Positions 16,683 to 26,698 of a stretch of 64,000 nt of DNA are shown here, one piece after another; positions within the stretch are counted from its first letter, which is position 1, and every line of letters begins with the position of its first letter. A program made the translations under genes and the position numbers. Where the stretch lies: positions 70,302-134,301 of the forward strand of contig JADFXX010000001.1 in the NCBI GenBank assembly GCA_015233335.1. The letters run 5' to 3'. The notes under the pieces are model-generated. The model saw only the letters and a list, made by a program, of their open reading frames with translations. It had not been told where the DNA came from and did no database searches. The DNA comes from Candidatus Omnitrophota bacterium. Lineage in GTDB: Bacteria; Omnitrophota; Gorgyraeia; Zapsychrales; Fredricksoniimonadaceae.

Positions 16683-16961
16683 CTACTTATTGATATTATC
16701 CAAAGGAGAGGTGACCATGTTCAAAGTCCCGGTGACCATCTGCTTTGCCATATAAAAAGTCCCCTTTAAAAAACCACCGGCGAGAGCAAAAGGCAAGAAC
16801 TTGGCATTGGCCGTTTCCGTTTTTACATTTTTGCCCACCTGCAAAGGGGCCATCATCAAATCTTTAAATCCGCCCTGAAATTTTCCGGCGGTATCAGCTA
16901 AAGAAGGCAAGGGGCAAACCACCATAGCAAAAAAAATAAAAAATAAGACCCTGCGTCTCAT
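16683..16961 (-). CDS. small exported protein, unknown function
   Basis: 92 aa with signal-like N-terminus MRRRVLFFIFFAMVVCPLPSLA. Tightly packed between the RNR gene and hemH. Confidence 0.45.
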   Translation of the reverse strand: MRRRVLFFIFFAMVVCPLPSLADTAGKFQGGFKDLMMAPLQVGKNVKTETANAKFLPFALAGGFLKGTFYMAKQMVTGTLNMVTSPLDNINK

Positions 16962-16976
16962 AAAACCCCTCCCCTG

Positions 16977-19900
16977 TTAAGAATGCTTACGATAATTCTC
17001 CCCTTCCCTCGAATAAAAGCAATGGGTCGTCTTTAAACCTTTTTCCCAGGCGTAGAAATACATCTCACTCATCTTCTTGGTGCTGGGCTTAGCCTGATAT
17101 AAACTAAAAGATTCCCCCATATCGATCCACTTTTGACGGCGGCTGGCGGCTTCAATGATCCATTCATAGTCGATCTCAAAACTGGTGGCATATTTTGCTT
17201 TTAATGCCGCCGGGACACGTGTCATTTCCTGAACGCTGCCATCAAAATATTTAAGATCGTTGATCATCTCCTGGTCCCAAAGTCCTGATTTTTTAAGGTC
17301 TTTCACCAGGCTTTCGTTGATCACAGAAAACTCTCCCAAGGTGCCGGTCTTAACAGATACATTCTTATAGGCAGGTTCGACACAGGCAGTTGTGCCGATG
17401 ATACTTGCGATTCCCTCACCCCCGGTAACGGCCATGATTAAACTGTTGCGCAATCCATTTTGTTTGATGTCTGCCCGCAGGGAAGCCCAATCCAGACGCT
17501 GCTGTTTGTCCATAGACAAATACCCGCCGCGCTCTTGTTCTAACAATTCGATCGTATCAATCGGCAAAAGCCCTCGTTCCCATTTGGAGCCTTTATAACT
17601 AGGATAGGTCCCCCGCAAACGGGCCAATTCGACACTGGCCGAGTAAGCGTAATACGACACCATTTCCGTACTTTCATCGGCAAAATCTACAGCCCCCTTG
17701 GAGGCATAACTGAGGTTCAAAGAATACAAAGCATCCTGAAAGCCCGTAATGCCCAAACCTATCGGACGATGGCGCTGGTTCGCCGCCTTAGATTCAACGG
17801 TTGGATAAAAATTGATATCAATGGACTGATCAAGCATATCGACCGCGATTGTGACAGTCTCTTTGAGCTTTGAGACATCAATCCCTTTTTCACTGACATG
17901 GGCCCCGAGATTGACTGATCCCAAATGACAAACCGCTGTTTCGTCTTTAGATGTATTTAATAAGACCCCGGCGCATAAATTGGCGCTGTGCACGACACCG
18001 ACATGATCTTGGCAGGAACGCACATTCGACGGATCTTTCCATGTCAGCCACGGATGTCCTGTTTCATAAACCATGCCCAGCATTTTGCGCCACAACTGCA
18101 CCGCGGAGATTGTTTTAAAATTTTCGATTTTGCCGTCTTGCGCTTTTTGTTCATACTCTTCATATCGCTTTTCAAAGGCCCGTCCGTAGATATGATGAAG
18201 ATCAGGGGTGTCAGAGGGTGAAAATAATGTCCACTGGGAGTTGGCCTTGACCCTTTTCATAAATAGATCAGGGATCCAGAGGGCCGTATGCATCTGGGGT
18301 GTACGCCGGCGTTCATCACCGGTATTTTTGCGCAGTTGGATGAATTCTTCAACATCCAAATGCCAAATTTCCAGATAAGCAGTAATAGCCCCGTGAGATT
18401 GGGGTCCCTGACTGACAGCAAGAGCGGCATCATTGGCAACTTTCAAGAAAGGGATGACCCCCCGGGCGCGCACACCCGTTCCCCTAATGGGGCTGCCCAA
18501 AGCGCGAATATTGCTCCAGTCATTGGCCAACCCACCGCTCCATCTAAAGAAAAGGGCGTCATCAGAGATACACTTAAAAATATGCTGCAGATCATCCTCA
18601 ATGGTGACGACAAAACAGGAAGACAGTTGCGCATGGCATGTGCCGGAATTTAATAGCGTCGCTGTTGACACCATAAACCGAAAAGTCGAAAGCATATTGT
18701 AATATTCGACGGCTTTTTGGTTTTTCGCGCTCCCCCCTTGAACAGCCAGTCCCATGGACACCCGCATCCAAAAAATCTGCGGCAATTCAATACGGGTCTC
18801 CTCTAAACGCATAAAATAGCGGTCATACAAAATCGTAAGCCCCACACTGCGAAAAAGAAAATCCCTCTGCGGGACAATCGCCTGACCTAATAATTTTAAA
18901 TCAAACTGCTTAAGCGCAGGATCCAACAATCCATGCTCCAGGCCTTTTTGGATAAAAGCCGCAAAATACTCCGGGTACATCGTCTCCATGACTTCAAAAG
19001 AAACGTCCTTCCCTAAAGCTTCCCGGTATTCCCTCAACAGCAATAAACGCGCCGCTACAAATCCGTAATTAGGTTCCTGCTCAATCAAAGAGCGTGCGGC
19101 CATGATATTGGCCTGGACTAATTGAAGCTGGGTCATGCCGTTAAAATAATGCTTGATCACCTCATAAAAAAGCTTATCCAAAGAAACATCCGATAATCCC
19201 CGACAGCAGATCTCAAACTGAAAGCGCACTTGATCCAGATCAATGGGCTTTTCGCCACCGCTTTCGTCCTTAACGTTCAAATTCCTGACGTTCTCCATAG
19301 AAAAATCTTTAAAAGCATGACCGCGGTTACGGCGGGCTTTAGCGCGTTCTTCTCTATAAATGATATATCGCCGGGCAACGTCATGAAACCCCGCGTCCAT
19401 GATCACTCGCTCGACAATGTCCTGAACTTCTTCAATATGAACAGATTTACCATCCGGCCAGCGCTTCGTAATCTCAAGGACAACTTTCCCGGAAAGCTCG
19501 TGGGCTTTTTCGACTAGAATTTCATTATAAACGTTCTTGTTTTGAGCGATCATCGCATGCGCTATGGCCGAAGAAATCTTTTCTTGTTTGAAGGAAACCA
19601 CTTTGCCGTCACGTTTGATCACAGAATACAAATCAAATAATTTACGCCGCTCGGCATGATGGCGGCGATAACTGGCATATCGCTCGGCAATCTCCTTATG
19701 AGAATTTTCATACAGCTGACGGATGACTTCATCCTGGATCTCTTCCACCGTTAAAAAGGGTCTGTGCGTCCCCCGTTCTCTAAGAACGGCCATGACACAA
19801 TCCGCCACTTTTTGAACATGGTTCGCAAGCTCCTGGCTTAATCCAGACTCACGGGGAAGGCCATATTGTTCTTTAAAAGAATTGGCGATGGCATGAACAA

Positions 19901-19982
19901 TACGTTGGGGGATAAATTCGATGATCTGACCGTTACGTTTCTGAATCTTGATATCAGAATTTGAAACAGTTTTCTGAGACAT
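16977..19982 (-). CDS. ribonucleotide reductase large-subunit homologue with two ATP-cones (class uncertain; class II-like, atypical active-site motifs)
   Basis: 1,001 aa. Two ATP-cone-like repeats (IQKRNGQIIEF..., VIKRDGKVVSF...). Matches to the E. coli NrdA core: LSSCF (C225), ANLC (N437/C439), AVCHLGSVNLG (C462). Differences: NLCAGV instead of NLC.E, KTTHCFY instead of KTLYY, and no nrdB adjacent. Confidence 0.8.
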   Translation of the reverse strand: MSQKTVSNSDIKIQKRNGQIIEFIPQRIVHAIANSFKEQYGLPRESGLSQELANHVQKVADCVMAVLRERGTHRPFLTVEEIQDEVIRQLYENSHKEIAERYASYRRHHAERRKLFDLYSVIKRDGKVVSFKQEKISSAIAHAMIAQNKNVYNEILVEKAHELSGKVVLEITKRWPDGKSVHIEEVQDIVERVIMDAGFHDVARRYIIYREERAKARRNRGHAFKDFSMENVRNLNVKDESGGEKPIDLDQVRFQFEICCRGLSDVSLDKLFYEVIKHYFNGMTQLQLVQANIMAARSLIEQEPNYGFVAARLLLLREYREALGKDVSFEVMETMYPEYFAAFIQKGLEHGLLDPALKQFDLKLLGQAIVPQRDFLFRSVGLTILYDRYFMRLEETRIELPQIFWMRVSMGLAVQGGSAKNQKAVEYYNMLSTFRFMVSTATLLNSGTCHAQLSSCFVVTIEDDLQHIFKCISDDALFFRWSGGLANDWSNIRALGSPIRGTGVRARGVIPFLKVANDAALAVSQGPQSHGAITAYLEIWHLDVEEFIQLRKNTGDERRRTPQMHTALWIPDLFMKRVKANSQWTLFSPSDTPDLHHIYGRAFEKRYEEYEQKAQDGKIENFKTISAVQLWRKMLGMVYETGHPWLTWKDPSNVRSCQDHVGVVHSANLCAGVLLNTSKDETAVCHLGSVNLGAHVSEKGIDVSKLKETVTIAVDMLDQSIDINFYPTVESKAANQRHRPIGLGITGFQDALYSLNLSYASKGAVDFADESTEMVSYYAYSASVELARLRGTYPSYKGSKWERGLLPIDTIELLEQERGGYLSMDKQQRLDWASLRADIKQNGLRNSLIMAVTGGEGIASIIGTTACVEPAYKNVSVKTGTLGEFSVINESLVKDLKKSGLWDQEMINDLKYFDGSVQEMTRVPAALKAKYATSFEIDYEWIIEAASRRQKWIDMGESFSLYQAKPSTKKMSEMYFYAWEKGLKTTHCFYSREGENYRKHS

Positions 19983-20023
19983 TTAAAAACTCTCTCAAAA
20001 ATGTCGTTGGGAAAAGCGATCTG

Positions 20024-20638
20024 TTATTTTTTAGCCGCGTGAAAACGTTTTTCAACTTCTGCCCAATTAACAACATTCCAAAAAGCCGCGACATAATCAG
20101 CACGGCGATTTTGATAATTAAGATAATAGGCATGCTCCCAAACGTCAATGACTAAAATGGGGGTCTTCCCTTCCGCCAAGGGGCTGTCCTGGTTGGCCGT
20201 CGATAATATCTCCAGCTTACCCTCACGGGTCACACAAACCCAGGCCCATCCGCTGCCAAAACGGGAAATGGCCGCCAGAGTGAATTTCTCTTTAAACAGG
20301 TCAAAGGAACCATAGGTTTGATTGATCGCCGCAGCCACATGGGTTTGGGGCTGGCCGCCTGCATGAGCTCCGATCACAGTCCAAAAAAAAGTATGATTGG
20401 CATGACCCCCGCCGTTATTGCGGACCGCCGTACGGATATCTTCCGGCACCTGATTAAGATTGCTGATTAAGTCCTCCACAGATTTATTTTCCAAATCCGC
20501 TCTGCCTTTAACGGCATTATTAAGATTATTAACATACGTTTGATGATGTTTAGAATGATGGATTTCCATAGTCTTCGCATCAATGTAAGGCTCTAAAGCA
20601 TTATACGAGTATGCTAATGTAGGTAACATGTAAGCCAT
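20024..20638 (-). CDS. Fe/Mn superoxide dismutase
   Basis: [32 protein letters not shown] and DVWEHAYYL motifs. I prefer the ATG at 20638 (MAYMLPTL) preceded by AGGAGGG; the ORF-track start at 20668 would overlap tpx. Confidence 0.95.
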   Translation of the reverse strand: MAYMLPTLAYSYNALEPYIDAKTMEIHHSKHHQTYVNNLNNAVKGRADLENKSVEDLISNLNQVPEDIRTAVRNNGGGHANHTFFWTVIGAHAGGQPQTHVAAAINQTYGSFDLFKEKFTLAAISRFGSGWAWVCVTREGKLEILSTANQDSPLAEGKTPILVIDVWEHAYYLNYQNRRADYVAAFWNVVNWAEVEKRFHAAKK

Positions 20639-20655
20639 AATATCCCTCCTATTTT

Positions 20656-21186
20656 TTAATGACGACAATTACAATTGCAAGATCCGCCGCGAACGGCTTT
20701 TAAAACTCCCTCATAATCCGGTTCACTGGTCACTTCTGAGACCAGCTGAGTATAGGTAACCTTTCCCTCCTCATTGATGACAAAAATACAACGGGCCAAA
20801 AGGCCTAGACCTTTGATCAAAACCCCATAGGTCTCGCCAAAATTCCCCCGATAATCTGATAAAGTCATAATGGCGCTTGCTCCTGAAGCCCCACACCAGC
20901 GTTTCTGTGCAAAGGGCAGATCTTTGCTGACAGTCAAGACCTGCACCCCTTCCAGGGAAGAAGCCTCCTGATTAAACCTCTTAGTTTGCAGATCACAGAC
21001 CGGAGTATCCAAAGATGGAACAATCGATAAAATAATCTTTTCGCCTTTAAATGAAGACAGCTTGACTTCAGACAGATCATTGGCGACTAAAAGCGCGTCA
21101 GGAGCCTGATCTCCGACCTTCACTTCCCGTCCGATCAAGGTCAAAGGATTGCCCTTCATGGTGATTGCACCCACACGTTCTATCAT
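20656..21186 (-). CDS. tpx: thiol peroxidase (Tpx) with short Cys-rich C-terminal tail
   Basis: 176 aa; [29 protein letters not shown] (peroxidatic Cys), FAQKRWCGA. Ends in the non-canonical tail [11 protein letters not shown]. Confidence 0.9.
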   Translation of the reverse strand: MIERVGAITMKGNPLTLIGREVKVGDQAPDALLVANDLSEVKLSSFKGEKIILSIVPSLDTPVCDLQTKRFNQEASSLEGVQVLTVSKDLPFAQKRWCGASGASAIMTLSDYRGNFGETYGVLIKGLGLLARCIFVINEEGKVTYTQLVSEVTSEPDYEGVLKAVRGGSCNCNCRH

Positions 21187-21334
21187 AACAACTCCTTCCT
21201 AATAACCTGTTTTGAAAAAGACAGATAAAATCAATTTAAATACTTCGTCTTTTGACTTATATAGAATACCATAAACAAGGGATTTACGAAAGCAAAATGT
21301 TGGACAAGGAAGAAATTTTGGTATAATCAAACCC

Positions 21335-21742
21335 ATGTTTGTATATAAAACCCAAATCCGCCTGCACGATACGGACGCCGCCGGCATCATTTTCTTTGCC
21401 AATCAATTTAAGCTCATTCATGATGCTTACGAACAATTGATGGAAAAATCCGGATGGAGCTTTCAAAGAATATTCAAAGCAGGCCTCTTTTTCCTGCCTG
21501 TCGTGCACGCGGAATCTGATTTCAAAGCTCCTTTGTTCACAGGGGATAAGATTGCGGTCACGATCAAGGTAGGGCATATTGGGAACACTTCATTTGTCCT
21601 TGAATACATGCTCAAGCGTTCAAAAAAACTAATTGGAACTGCAAAGACCGTGCATGTCGCCATCAACCCCAAAACCCGCAAAAAAATCCCTTTGCCGTCT
21701 TATTTAATCCGTATTTTAGAAAAATATCAGAATGAGCGTTGA
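21335..21742 (+). CDS. 4HBT-family hot-dog acyl-CoA thioesterase (candidate DHNA-CoA hydrolase)
   Basis: 135 aa; IRLHDTDAAGIIFFANQFKLIHDAYEQLM is a typical YbgC/4HBT N-terminus. Converges on and overlaps menE by 16 nt. The DHNA-CoA hydrolase role is inferred from men context only. Confidence 0.65.
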   Translation: MFVYKTQIRLHDTDAAGIIFFANQFKLIHDAYEQLMEKSGWSFQRIFKAGLFFLPVVHAESDFKAPLFTGDKIAVTIKVGHIGNTSFVLEYMLKRSKKLIGTAKTVHVAINPKTRKKIPLPSYLIRILEKYQNER

Positions 21743-23073
21743 GGCAAATCTTTTAAAAATTCCCGGCGGGAAAATTTGATCCCTCGGCTTATCAGATCCT
21801 GCGGCCAGGGATAAAAGGCTGTCGGAATTTTAAAACGCGGCAATTCTTTCTCTAAACATTGCCTCAAATGCTCTTGCGATAAATCCTTCCCTTCGCATTT
21901 GATAAAAGCAATCGGCCTGGCGCCGAACTCTCTGTCCTCTTTGGGAACAACCACGGCTTGGGCGATCCCCGGGATTCCCAAAAGCACCCTTTCAATTTCT
22001 TCAGGCTGGATATTTTCTCCGCCGGAGATAAACATATTGTCACATCGCCCCATCACCGTCAAACATCCTTGGGAGTCTAAGCGCCCTTTGTCTCCGGTCG
22101 CAAACCATCCCTCATGTTTTAAAGGTAAATAAATTTTATCACCCGCCACATACCCTTTAAACAAAACCTCTCCTTTGACTAAGATCTCGCCCTCAGGAGA
22201 GATGCATAATTGGCGATACGGCAAAACTTTAACGCAAGCACTGTCTTTTTGGGTGACTCGACCGGTCGCAACCTGCGAAGACATTTCTGTTAAACCATAA
22301 CTTAAATAAACGTTTAGTCCCAGCTTTGAAGACTGGTCAATAATAGTCCGAGGGATCGCGCTGCCCCCAAGCAAGATACATTTAAGCGAACGAAGCAAAG
22401 CATAGTTTTTTTCATCTGCCAATAATCGATGCAGCTGTGTGCTGACCAAAGAAACGTGTGTCACCCGGGAAGAATCAATGGATGCGGCCAAATCCTCACC
22501 TGTAGGAATGACCATGGCAGCGCCGGACAATAAACAACGGCTTACAACGGCAATGCCCGAAACATGGTATAAAGGCAGCGATAAAAGCCAGCGGTCAGAA
22601 TCCGTCAAAGGAATAATTGCATTCGAACCAAGGGCGCTATGATAATGATTGCCCCAAGTGTGCACGGCGGCCTTGGATTCACCGCTTGACCCTGAAGTGG
22701 CTATGATCGTGACCTTTTGCTCTAAATCTAGGTCTAAATAAGACTTCGGGTCGATCGGCTGGCGGGCATCAAAACAAACAGCACGTTTAACGTCAGCAGC
22801 TCGAAACACATGTTTAGCATTAATTTTAGCCGCATACGAAGCTATTGTTTTATCCGGCCAATGTCCGTTGACAAAAGCCGCCAGGGCCTTGATCTGCCAA
22901 AGAGCCAATAACAAAATAACAGATTCAACACTATTCTCATCGCAAATAACGACATGGTCACAGGCCTTGATCCCCATGCCTTTCAACTGCTTGATCGCCG
23001 AGGACAAATACCATGACAATTGCTCATGCTTGATCTGCCGTCGACCCCAAACTATTGAAAAATTCTTGTTCAT
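21727..23073 (-). CDS. menE: o-succinylbenzoate-CoA ligase
   Basis: 448 aa adenylate-forming enzyme (TSGSSGESKA, YGLTE, GWFATGDKG, ISGGENI) in a men operon. Confidence 0.8.
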   Translation of the reverse strand: MNKNFSIVWGRRQIKHEQLSWYLSSAIKQLKGMGIKACDHVVICDENSVESVILLLALWQIKALAAFVNGHWPDKTIASYAAKINAKHVFRAADVKRAVCFDARQPIDPKSYLDLDLEQKVTIIATSGSSGESKAAVHTWGNHYHSALGSNAIIPLTDSDRWLLSLPLYHVSGIAVVSRCLLSGAAMVIPTGEDLAASIDSSRVTHVSLVSTQLHRLLADEKNYALLRSLKCILLGGSAIPRTIIDQSSKLGLNVYLSYGLTEMSSQVATGRVTQKDSACVKVLPYRQLCISPEGEILVKGEVLFKGYVAGDKIYLPLKHEGWFATGDKGRLDSQGCLTVMGRCDNMFISGGENIQPEEIERVLLGIPGIAQAVVVPKEDREFGARPIAFIKCEGKDLSQEHLRQCLEKELPRFKIPTAFYPWPQDLISRGIKFSRREFLKDLPQRSF

Positions 23074-24146
23074 ATCATTAACAATTCTTTTTTAATGATC
23101 CCATGCTCATCGATGATGGGTTTATCACTTTTCAACCAGCGCTCGGTCCCTAAACCTGCCGTCTGTCCGGTCAAGCACGCCAGATTGGCCAACACCTTTA
23201 GACCCAAAGTTGATTCAAAGCAAGAGCTGATGATCGCTTTTTTCCCCAAACGGTGGGCCTGCTCAATCCAATCCAAGGTTGGAATAATGCCTCCTATAAT
23301 CATAGGCTTTAGAACATACGCACTAACCGCCTCATGATGCCCCAGAGGGGGCTGACATCGTCCCGGAGCATTCACACCGCATGGCATGACAGACAAAGTT
23401 TCATCCAAGGCCACCGGCAGATGCGCCTGCTGATAAAATTGTTCCAGCTGGCTTATATCACTTAAAGGCTCTTCGATAAATTCAATGCTTGCCCCTGTGA
23501 CTAATTCCGAAAAAAGGCAGGCCTCCTTGAGGCTCCATCTGCGGTTGGCATCCAGGCGCAGCCGGCCTTGAGGTGGCAATAAAGCCCGGATATCCGCTAC
23601 TTTTTTAACATCCAAGGCAATATTGCGATCACCCACCTTTAACTTAAAAACCTTGTAACCTTGCTTGATGAACATTTTAACATCCCACATCACCTGATCG
23701 TAGTTGCCCTCAAGCAGGGCCGCGCAAGGCACATCCTCGAGGGAGGTTCCCAGAAACCCGGCCATGCTCAAATCGCAAGCCTTTGCCGCCAGCATCATCA
23801 CAGCAGACTCTACGCCAAATCTCACCGACGGACATAAGTTTAAAATACGCCCCTCACGGCGCAAAAGATTTATTAATATGTCTTTATCCAAAGGAACCTG
23901 CGAATCCATCAGAAAGGAACGGATTTCTGTTAAGTCATGCCGAATGCGGCGCGGGGTCTCGGTGCTTATGCCCATAAGGGGCGCAATCTCACCTGTAGCC
24001 TCAATCCCGTTGAGAGCCTTCAATTTTAAATAAAAACCGCTGCGCTCACCGATGGTATTTGAAGCAAATACGAAAGGACGATGAAAAGGGATGTTATAAG
24101 TTGAAAAATCAACCTGGCAGATAACTAATGGCTGCACAAAAGCCAC
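23070..24146 (-). CDS. menC: o-succinylbenzoate synthase (enolase superfamily)
   Basis: 358 aa; KLKVG...LRLDANRRW...IEFIEEP...ALDE pattern of enolase-superfamily metal ligands. 4-nt overlap with menE. Confidence 0.75.
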   Translation of the reverse strand: MAFVQPLVICQVDFSTYNIPFHRPFVFASNTIGERSGFYLKLKALNGIEATGEIAPLMGISTETPRRIRHDLTEIRSFLMDSQVPLDKDILINLLRREGRILNLCPSVRFGVESAVMMLAAKACDLSMAGFLGTSLEDVPCAALLEGNYDQVMWDVKMFIKQGYKVFKLKVGDRNIALDVKKVADIRALLPPQGRLRLDANRRWSLKEACLFSELVTGASIEFIEEPLSDISQLEQFYQQAHLPVALDETLSVMPCGVNAPGRCQPPLGHHEAVSAYVLKPMIIGGIIPTLDWIEQAHRLGKKAIISSCFESTLGLKVLANLACLTGQTAGLGTERWLKSDKPIIDEHGIIKKELLMI

Positions 24147-25009
24147 CCTATGGAAAACAATACACTATAAACCAAAAGGTACCGGCCCGTCAAAACCAAA
24201 ACCCGGTTGAGACTAACGGCCTGCGCATGTGTCATGACCTCATGAATACAAGGAATAGCCAGAAATCCGGTCAAAGAAGCCACTGCCACTCCTTGATGGT
24301 CATTAGTAATCAAAACTACGGCAAAGGGTATTAAACTGGCCGCAATGATACAAAAAAGGTATTCCTTCATGGCAAAAGAGCGGCCAAAACGCACGGCCAG
24401 TGTTAATTTGCGGGCCTCCCTGTCAGTCTCAATGTCGCGTAAATTATTGACAGCTAAGATAGCCGTTGATAAGAAACCCGGAGCAAGACCTGAAACGATG
24501 ACCGCCCAGTCGACCTCCAAAGACTGAACAAAATAGGTCCCTCCTACCGCCACAGGCCCGAAAAAAATCAGCACAAATAAATCTCCCAGCCCTAAATATC
24601 CTAAAGGCCGCGGTCCCGCCGTATAAAGGATCCCGGAAAGAATGGACGCCGCCGCGATAATAAGGATACACATGCCTGCACGATGGACTAAATAAAGGGA
24701 GGATAAAGCGGCCAATACGAAAAAAAACAGGGATGCCAGCAGAACCGTTCGCGGCCTGATCAAGCCCGACTGAGTCACACGCCGCGGGCCCAGCCGAAGA
24801 GCCGTGTCTGCTCCTTTTTTAAAATCAAAATAATCGTTAGATAAATTAGTCCCGATCTGAATAGACAAAGCAGCTGATAAGGCCATCAGGGCCGAGGGGC
24901 CGTGAAAAAGGCCATTGCCAAAAGCCATGGCTGAACCTATGAAAACAGGAGCGACGGCCGCGGGCAAGGTATTAGGACGAATGGCTAAAAACCATGATGA
25001 AAATTTCAT
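24125..25009 (-). CDS. menA: 1,4-dihydroxy-2-naphthoate polyprenyltransferase
   Basis: UbiA-family polytopic protein with NDYFDFKKGAD and NNLRDIETD motifs. Start moved to the ATG at 25009 (MKFSSWFLAIRP), 1 nt after the menB stop. Confidence 0.85.
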   Translation of the reverse strand: MKFSSWFLAIRPNTLPAAVAPVFIGSAMAFGNGLFHGPSALMALSAALSIQIGTNLSNDYFDFKKGADTALRLGPRRVTQSGLIRPRTVLLASLFFFVLAALSSLYLVHRAGMCILIIAAASILSGILYTAGPRPLGYLGLGDLFVLIFFGPVAVGGTYFVQSLEVDWAVIVSGLAPGFLSTAILAVNNLRDIETDREARKLTLAVRFGRSFAMKEYLFCIIAASLIPFAVVLITNDHQGVAVASLTGFLAIPCIHEVMTHAQAVSLNRVLVLTGRYLLVYSVLFSIGWLLCSH

Positions 25010-25010
25010 A

Positions 25011-25832
25011 TTACGGTCTTTTGGGGAATTTGGAAAAATCCGGTTTGCGTTTTTGCACAAAGGCATCCCTGCCTTCCTGGGCTTCCTGCGTCATATAAAA
25101 TAAAAGTGTGGCATTGCCGGACAATTCCTGCAAACCGGACTGACCGTCACAATCCGCGTTCAAAGCGGATTTAAGGCACCGGATGGCCAGGGGCGAATGC
25201 TGCAGAATTTCCCGGCACCATTGCACAGTCTCCTCTTCCAGTTTTTTATACGGGACAACGGCATTGACCAATCCCATATCCAGTGCCTGCAGCGCACTGT
25301 ACTGGCGGCAAAGAAACCATATCTCCCGGGCTTTTTTCTGACCGACGATACGCGCCATATAACTTGAACCGTAACCTCCGTCGAATGACCCCACCTTAGG
25401 GCCGGTCTGACCAAACACCGCATTATCAGCCGCAATGGACAGATCACAAACCATCTGCAGGATCTGTCCGCCGCCTACCGCGTAACCTGCCACCATCGCG
25501 ATGACCGGTTTGGGGCAAATACGGATATGCCGCTGCAGGTCCAAAACATTCAAACGATGAGTGCCGTCCTGGTCCTTATATCCGGCATCCCCGCGGATAT
25601 GCTGATCCCCGCCTGAGCAAAACGCTTCACGGCCCTCACCTGTCAAAATAATCACACCCACTTTTTCATCATCACGGGCATCCTCGAGGGCATGCATCAT
25701 TTCTTTGACCGTTAAGGGCGTAAAAGCGTTCCGCTTCTGAGGACGATTGATCGTGATCTTAGCAATCCCCTCCATCTTATGGTATTTGATCTCGTCGTAG
25801 GCCCTCACTTCTTCCCAGGAAAATTTCGGCAT
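25011..25832 (-). CDS. menB: 1,4-dihydroxy-2-naphthoyl-CoA synthase
   Basis: 273 aa crotonase-fold protein; [37 protein letters not shown] are classic MenB strings. Confidence 0.95.
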   Translation of the reverse strand: MPKFSWEEVRAYDEIKYHKMEGIAKITINRPQKRNAFTPLTVKEMMHALEDARDDEKVGVIILTGEGREAFCSGGDQHIRGDAGYKDQDGTHRLNVLDLQRHIRICPKPVIAMVAGYAVGGGQILQMVCDLSIAADNAVFGQTGPKVGSFDGGYGSSYMARIVGQKKAREIWFLCRQYSALQALDMGLVNAVVPYKKLEEETVQWCREILQHSPLAIRCLKSALNADCDGQSGLQELSGNATLLFYMTQEAQEGRDAFVQKRKPDFSKFPKRP

Positions 25833-25857
25833 GAGGCTTCTCCTAAAGTTGGCGCAA

Positions 25858-26196
25858 TTAGTGTATTACTACTTTCGGGTTAAAAGGCTCACCATGATAC
25901 CGAGGGAGCAAATGAAGATGCGCGTGCATAACGATCTGACCGGCAGCCTCACCGCAGTTAGCTATGATATTAAAACCATCCGGCTTAAACTCCCTGAGCA
26001 ACAAAGCGCGGGCCTTCTCAAGCATTTCAAAAACCGCTTTAATCTCGTCGGGAGTAGATTCAAAGAGTGTTAAAAAATGGCGCTTAGGGATAAAAAGCAT
26101 ATGCCCCCGAGTGATCGGCTTAATGTCATAGACGACATAAACCAGTTCGTTTTCCATCACCTTGGGCAAATTTTTACAAAATATGCAATCAGGCAT
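25858..26196 (-). CDS. HIT-family nucleotide hydrolase/transferase
   Basis: 112 aa; CIFC..., [10 protein letters not shown] and the histidine triad HAHLHLLPR. Confidence 0.9.
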   Translation of the reverse strand: MPDCIFCKNLPKVMENELVYVVYDIKPITRGHMLFIPKRHFLTLFESTPDEIKAVFEMLEKARALLLREFKPDGFNIIANCGEAAGQIVMHAHLHLLPRYHGEPFNPKVVIH

Positions 26197-26207
26197 CGGG
26201 GATCCGT

Positions 26208-26513
26208 TTAAACTTTAAGACTGCGTTCAAGCTCTTCAATATCTTTTTTGGCTTTAATGGGTATGGTATGAAAGATCTCACAATAAACCTGGATAGCCAA
26301 ATCCTTCTCTCCCTCCATCAATAAATGGCGCACATCAAACATTGTAGCTTTGCCCTTTTGGGGCAGCTTACCGCAACGACGGGCATTATCAAGAAACCAG
26401 GCACGATTGGCATTTAAGAAAACCAGGGCACAGACTAAAATAACGAGGACTATGTATAAATAAAGCATAATTTTTTCCAAAAAATTATCCATTTTCCTTC
26501 GATTCTTTGGCAA
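26208..26513 (-). CDS. small membrane protein with L7/L12-C-like tail, unknown function
   Basis: One hydrophobic helix (LYLYIVLVILVCALVFL), then ...LLMEGEKDLAIQVYCEIFHTIPIKAKKDIEELE. The true start is probably an internal Met (26492 or 26468), because the long form overlaps xseB. Confidence 0.4.
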   Translation of the reverse strand: MPKNRRKMDNFLEKIMLYLYIVLVILVCALVFLNANRAWFLDNARRCGKLPQKGKATMFDVRHLLMEGEKDLAIQVYCEIFHTIPIKAKKDIEELERSLKV

Positions 26514-26697
26514 AATCTTCCACCACCTGCTTGACTTCCAATTCGGCTTTGTCGATCTTGGCCTTACAAAGCTTGATCAAACTCACAGCTTCCTTAACCT
26601 TCAAGGACAGCTCATCAACGTCAATATCATCACCTTCGATTTTCGTTATAATTTCATCCAGTCGCTCGATAGCCTTATGATATTTCACATCTGCCAT
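26485..26697 (-). CDS. xseB: exodeoxyribonuclease VII small subunit
   Basis: 70 aa; helical LDEIITKIEGDDIDVDELSLKVKEAVSLIKLCKAKIDKAELEV pattern, immediately downstream of xseA. Confidence 0.85.
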   Translation of the reverse strand: MADVKYHKAIERLDEIITKIEGDDIDVDELSLKVKEAVSLIKLCKAKIDKAELEVKQVVEDFAKESKENG

Positions 26698-26698
26698 A

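Noticed and set aside
20639-20668. N-terminal extensions offered by the ORF track, for example SOD from 20668, menA from 25066, KAS from 37732, DUF1566 from 33251, the NarL regulator from 56426 and the receiver from 55689
   Set aside because: The extensions overlap the preceding gene, lack family homology, and have internal ATGs with better RBS or signal-peptide context. The shorter starts were adopted.
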